Of a DNA stretch of 64,000 bases, positions 59,440 through 64,000 are shown one piece after another. Below the pieces are notes generated by a model that saw only the letters and a program-made list of their open reading frames with translations, made no database searches and was not told where the DNA came from. The DNA comes from Candidatus Omnitrophica bacterium CG11_big_fil_rev_8_21_14_0_20_41_12. GTDB lineage: Bacteria; Omnitrophota; Gorgyraeia; Gygaellales; Profunditerraquicolaceae. The stretch's first letter is position 1. The number at the start of each line of letters is the position of its first letter. The position numbers were made by a program, and so were the translations under genes. The stretch covers positions 1,724 to 65,723 of the forward strand of contig PCWB01000027.1 in assembly GCA_002796135.1 (NCBI GenBank), in the 5' to 3' direction.

Positions 59440-60233
59440 CGAGGAGCTTTTAAACCGTCCTTGTTGATGAGGATATTTTTTAAAGGCTTACCGGGCCGAC
59501 CGAGATTAGAAATACGCTCATCATTAACCTGAAGTTCTACCGCACCGGCATCACTCAGAGTTAATTCAACTTTTTCTTTGGCATGCCAGGTCTGGCTTCT
59601 GCCGCGGGCAAGTACACCATGAAAGATTGTCTTTCCATCAGCCTTAGCAGATATCCATGATTTCTGGCGGGCGAATACTCCAACAATGATCTCCTGAGTC
59701 AGCCCTTTTTTCGCATCAGCCTGCTGCTTGACAGTATTATTTTTTGCCGACGTAAAAGCCATAAGAACCTTAGCTTTTTCTAAAGGAGTCTTACGCCGGC
59801 TTGACATAAATTTAACTAAATTAACAACTAAAAACAAGCAAACTAACGCTGATATTCCGATAATAATTATTTTTCTAAAATCATATAGTGGCTTTATCGT
59901 GCTCAGCTTAATTGAAGTATCTTTGATAAAAGAGGGTTTCTTTTCCATGCGCTCGCTACGCCCGCCTATCGGCCTGCCGATAGTGGCATTTAATACCGGT
60001 TTTTGCGTCGGATTAAGAGGTCCGGTATATTCTTTAGGATCAAGACCGAGAGCTGTGCAATAGATTTTGATAAAACCTTTAAGATAAATCGGACTTAGAT
60101 CCGAAATGCTATCGCCTTCAATTGCGCGCAGGACATTAGGATGGACCTTAGTCTTCTTCTGCATATCCTCAAGAGTCAACCCTCTCTCCTGACGAATCTT
60201 TTTTAACTTGGATCCGACTGCTTCGATATTCAT
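59436..60233 (-). CDS. rodZ: Cytoskeleton protein RodZ (HTH-TM-DUF4115)
   Basis: GSKLKKIR...YLKGFIKIY HTH, single TM, SWI..ADG...DAGAV C-terminal domain. Confidence 0.85.
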   Translation of the reverse strand: MNIEAVGSKLKKIRQERGLTLEDMQKKTKVHPNVLRAIEGDSISDLSPIYLKGFIKIYCTALGLDPKEYTGPLNPTQKPVLNATIGRPIGGRSERMEKKPSFIKDTSIKLSTIKPLYDFRKIIIIGISALVCLFLVVNLVKFMSSRRKTPLEKAKVLMAFTSAKNNTVKQQADAKKGLTQEIIVGVFARQKSWISAKADGKTIFHGVLARGRSQTWHAKEKVELTLSDAGAVELQVNDERISNLGRPGKPLKNILINKDGLKAPR

Positions 60234-62416
60234 TGCTTATCAATCTCCCTGCCACTGGTTAAATCTTTCAGCCAGGCATCCCGATCAACTAAAATTTTTC
60301 GCGGTTTACTTCCTTCAAATTGCCCAACCAGCCCCTCCATCTCCATAGTATCGATAATCCGGGCAGCGCGAGTATATCCTAAACGCATCCGTCTTTGCAA
60401 TATAGAGACTGAGGCCTGATTGCTTTCCATAATCACGCGCACCGCTTCATCATAAAGCTCGTCTTTTTCCCCACCACTGCCTGAGCCGCCTTTATGCTGA
60501 TCCCTAAGGATCTGTTCATTATAAACCGGTTCAGCCTGAGCTTTAATAAACTCAACCACCCGCTCAATTTCAGCATCTTTAACTAAAGCCCCCTGGATAC
60601 GGATCAGGTCTTCTCTCCCGGGCTTTAAAAACAACATATCGCCTTTACCTAATAAACTCTCGGCTCCATTCATATCCAGGACAGTACGCGAATCCACCTT
60701 AGAAGCTACTTTAAAAGATACACGCGCCGGTAAATTCGCCTTGATCACTCCGGTAATAACATCAACACTCGGCCGCTGTGTCGCCAAAATTAAATGTATA
60801 CCCACTGCCCGCGACAATTGCGCCAGACGCGTAATCGCATTCTCAATCTGATCACGCGCCACGCTCATTAAATCCGCAAATTCATCCACCACAACAATAA
60901 TATAGGGAAGCTTCTCCTGCTTTTGATTATAAGCTTCGATATTTCTTGCCCCGGCGCCGGACAAAAGTACATAGCGGGATTCCATTTCAGAAACCACCCA
61001 ATTAAGCGCAACTGCTGCTTTCTTGGCATCGGTAACTACCGGGCATAAAAGATGCGGCAAGCCGTTAAAAGGCATCAGCTCCACCATCTTCGGATCAATC
61101 ATTAAAAATTTTAAATCATTAGGAGACTCTTTAAAGAGTAAAGAAAGAATGCATGTATTTACGCAAACGGTTTTACCCGAACCGGTAGTTCCGGCAATCA
61201 AAAGATGCGGCATATCATCTAAATCACCGAATATCGGTTTACCGGTAATATCCTTGCCTAAAGCTAATGTCAGAGCTGATTTTTGTTTATGAAAATCCGC
61301 ACAGTTAAGTAAATCTTTAATACAAACTAAAGCGCTGTGTAAATTCGGAACCTCAATCCCCACCCTCCCCTTGCCGGGAATCGGAGCAATAATTCTTATC
61401 GACTGGGCTTTGATCGCCAGAGAAATATCGTCGCTCAACGCTTCAATCCTGTTGATCTTGACTCCGGCAGCCGGTTCAAGTTCGTAACGGGTGATCACCG
61501 GTCCGCGGATAATGTCGGTAACTTTAGCAGAGATCCCGAAATCTTCCAAAGTATCTTCTAGGGTTCGGGCGCAGGCCTCAAGGTCCTCTTTCATTTGCTT
61601 GGTATCGGCTATAGGAGGCTCATCCAATAAATCTAAAGAAGGAAAATGATAGTCGCCGATTTTTAACTCAGCCGGTTTAATTCGGGCCGGCTCTATCTGC
61701 GGCTTATCTCTAATTTGAATTTTTAATTTAGGGGCAACTGCCTCAGGCATGAATATCTTAGGTTTAAGATTAGCAGCTTGAGCATTCTGATTCCTAGAGA
61801 ACAGTCCACCTTTGATAAGATTCGGTTTTACTTTTACTTCAGTAGCTTTGCGCTTATTCGGGGAAAAAGAAAAACCGCCAAAAAAAGATTTTAATTTTGT
61901 CGTAAATTTTGAAAAGAACGAAGAGATCAGCGCCTCGTTGATCAAAGCCCAATAAATAATAATAAAGCTGACAAAGATTATAACCGCCCCCAGCGGAGCA
62001 AAATACCTGGCTGCCGTAGATGAGCTAAAGGCCCCGAAAAGTCCGGCGGTACGAAACCTGATCAGATCGTTATGTAAATTAAACATCCCGATAAGCGAGC
62101 TGATGGAAATAAGCATCACCAACACACCGATGATCCGGGCAATGCTCAGATAAGGCTTTTCTTGACGAAAAAATTTTATCCCGAGTGTAATTATTAAAAA
62201 CGGAATGACGAAGCTGGTGATGCTACCGAAAAACCATACGATTACGTTTGCCAGATGAGCGCCAAAAATACCTAAGAAGTTATTAGGGGGGAAATTCGGA
62301 TTCGAGGTGTAAAAAGCAAGGTCCAGACGGTCAAAGCGGATCAGGCTGGCTAAAACCATCAGCCCTACTGCTACTAATATAACGCCTTTAACCTCATTTA
62401 ATCTTCTTTCTCTCAC
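60230..62416 (-). CDS. ftsK: DNA translocase FtsK
   Basis: N-terminal TMs, GPVITRYE, PHLLIAGTTGSGKT, DEFADLM, ATQRPS, gamma domain LQRRMRLGYTRAAR. Confidence 0.96.
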   Translation of the reverse strand: MRERRLNEVKGVILVAVGLMVLASLIRFDRLDLAFYTSNPNFPPNNFLGIFGAHLANVIVWFFGSITSFVIPFLIITLGIKFFRQEKPYLSIARIIGVLVMLISISSLIGMFNLHNDLIRFRTAGLFGAFSSSTAARYFAPLGAVIIFVSFIIIYWALINEALISSFFSKFTTKLKSFFGGFSFSPNKRKATEVKVKPNLIKGGLFSRNQNAQAANLKPKIFMPEAVAPKLKIQIRDKPQIEPARIKPAELKIGDYHFPSLDLLDEPPIADTKQMKEDLEACARTLEDTLEDFGISAKVTDIIRGPVITRYELEPAAGVKINRIEALSDDISLAIKAQSIRIIAPIPGKGRVGIEVPNLHSALVCIKDLLNCADFHKQKSALTLALGKDITGKPIFGDLDDMPHLLIAGTTGSGKTVCVNTCILSLLFKESPNDLKFLMIDPKMVELMPFNGLPHLLCPVVTDAKKAAVALNWVVSEMESRYVLLSGAGARNIEAYNQKQEKLPYIIVVVDEFADLMSVARDQIENAITRLAQLSRAVGIHLILATQRPSVDVITGVIKANLPARVSFKVASKVDSRTVLDMNGAESLLGKGDMLFLKPGREDLIRIQGALVKDAEIERVVEFIKAQAEPVYNEQILRDQHKGGSGSGGEKDELYDEAVRVIMESNQASVSILQRRMRLGYTRAARIIDTMEMEGLVGQFEGSKPRKILVDRDAWLKDLTSGREIDKQ

Positions 62417-62425
62417 TTCTAAAAA

Positions 62426-64000
62426 TTAACTATCCGGTTGATCGGCTTCAGCCTGTTTTTTACTTAAGTTAATCCTGCCCAGCTCATCTACGCCGATAAC
62501 TTTAACTTTAAATTCATCGCCGACCTTAACGATATCATCGATCTTCTTCACAAAATCCTTAGATAACTCAGAAACATGCACCAGCCCCTCTTTACGGGGA
62601 GCAATCTCCACAAAAGCGCCAAACTGCATAATCCGCTTTACCTTACCAAAATAAACCCTGCCAACCTCTACCTCATCGGTAATTGCTTTGATCATTTTGA
62701 TCGCCGCGTCAGATTTTTCAGCATCAATGGAGCCGACTAAAACCGTACCGTCGTCTTTAATATCGATACTCGCTCCGGTGGAAGCAATGATTGCCTTGAT
62801 CGTCTTTCCGCCCGGCCCGATCAGCTCTCCGATTTTTTCGGTATTGATCTTTAAAACATCAATACGCGGAGCAAAGCTGGAGAGTTCCTCTCTGGGGCTT
62901 GTCAAAGCCTCACTCATCTTATCCAAAATAAATAATCTTCCTTCCTTGGATTGAGCAAGGCACTCTTTAAGCAAATCTAAAGATATGCCGTCAATTTTAA
63001 GATCCAATTGCACGGCAGTCACTCCGGTTTTGGTTCCGGCAACCTTAAAATCCATATCCCCGAAATGGTCTTCAAGTCCGGCGATATCCGTTAAAATTAT
63101 CGATTTATTACCTTCTTTAACTAACCCTAAAGCAACTCCTCCTACGGCTTCTTTAATCGGAACCCCGGCATCCATTAATGAAAGAGCCGCAGCGCAAACT
63201 GAAGCCATAGAGCTGGAACCGTTGGATTCTAAAATCTCTGAAACGACCCTGACCGTATAAGGAAATTTTTCTTTATTAGGCATCACGGCAAGCAAAGCCT
63301 TTTCCGCTAAAGCGCCATGTCCGATCTCACGCCTTCCGGGGCCGCGCACCGGCCGGGTTTCCCCTACGGAAAATGAAGGAAAATTATAATGTAACATAAA
63401 AGATTTCTTCTTCTCTCCGTCTAAAGACTCAAACCTCTGCTCATCTTCACCGGTTCCTAAAGTCGTTATCGCCAGAGCCTGCGTTTGTCCGCGGGTAAAA
63501 AGTCCTGTACCATGAGTACGCGGAAGCACAGAAACTTCACAAGCAATCGGACGGATCTCTTTAAAAGAACGGCCATCAATACGGATATTCTCATCGGTGA
63601 TCATTTTGCGGACCTGTCTTTTCTCTACTTCATGCAAACCGGTACTGATATCCGCAGCTAAAAATCCTTCTGTGGTTAATTGCGTTTCTAATTCTTTAGC
63701 CAACAAAGCTACGTTCTCTTCGCGATCTTCTTTTTTACTTAATTTATAAACTTTGGCTAATTTTTCTTTAGCTAAAGTTTCGATCTTCTGCATTAAAACA
63801 GGATCAATTAATTTAAGTTCGACTTTAGCTTTTGGCTGGCCATAAAGACGGGCAAACTCTTCCTGCAGCTTAAGTATAGGTTTCAAGCTAGCCATCCCGA
63901 ATTTTACCGCTTCAAGATATTGTTCTTCGGAAACTTCTTTGGCCCTTGATTCAAGCATGACTACGCCGCTTTTATTGGCCGCCACAACTACTTCTAAATC
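62426..64000 (-). CDS. pnp: Polyribonucleotide nucleotidyltransferase (5' part outside the window)
   Basis: RIDGR, FTRGQTQ, HYNFP.FSVGE, RREIGHG, ESNGSSSMA, GDMDFKVAG, KH and S1 domains. Confidence 0.97.
   Translation of the reverse strand, partial: DLEVVVAANKSGVVMLESRAKEVSEEQYLEAVKFGMASLKPILKLQEEFARLYGQPKAKVELKLIDPVLMQKIETLAKEKLAKVYKLSKKEDREENVALLAKELETQLTTEGFLAADISTGLHEVEKRQVRKMITDENIRIDGRSFKEIRPIACEVSVLPRTHGTGLFTRGQTQALAITTLGTGEDEQRFESLDGEKKKSFMLHYNFPSFSVGETRPVRGPGRREIGHGALAEKALLAVMPNKEKFPYTVRVVSEILESNGSSSMASVCAAALSLMDAGVPIKEAVGGVALGLVKEGNKSIILTDIAGLEDHFGDMDFKVAGTKTGVTAVQLDLKIDGISLDLLKECLAQSKEGRLFILDKMSEALTSPREELSSFAPRIDVLKINTEKIGELIGPGGKTIKAIIASTGASIDIKDDGTVLVGSIDAEKSDAAIKMIKAITDEVEVGRVYFGKVKRIMQFGAFVEIAPRKEGLVHVSELSKDFVKKIDDIVKVGDEFKVKVIGVDELGRINLSKKQAEADQPDS

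Overview
A gene-dense bacterial core-chromosome segment of roughly 40% GC, almost entirely on the minus strand. Gene order and sequence style suggest the PVC-related Candidatus Omnitrophota, but this is inference only. In transcription order (right to left) it holds: pnp (partial)-ftsK-rodZ-rimO-pgsA-pgpA; an inverted cinA/pncC-thpR pair; an FMN riboswitch leading ribBA-ribH-nusB-PHP-ribD-ribE; a Tpx-PCD fusion; tRNA-Pro(CGG); acyP-ligA-lipoprotein-MBL-xerD-cca-rbfA-nrnA-ribF; a dcw cluster from mraZ to ftsA with an inserted metallopeptidase and no ftsZ; yggS-proC-mtnP-ileS-dksA-lspA-lgt-rluD; a coiled-coil protein and aroA; mreBCD-mrdA-rodA-radical SAM; and a type IV pilus/c-di-GMP locus (degenerate GGDEF, stand-alone MshEN, two PilB, pseudo-REC-HD-GYP, pilC). 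Four observations stand out. (1) An unrecognised ~45-nt two-hairpin element with covarying stems occurs in 4 same-orientation copies, two of them inside the FMN riboswitch. (2) A ~160-nt GC-rich folded element and an orphan gene sit where ftsZ normally lies, next to an FtsA with degenerate ATP-binding motifs. (3) The pilus locus appears to use a split c-di-GMP sensing architecture. (4) Short palindromes have been absorbed into gene ends. No CRISPR array, prophage or transposase was seen.
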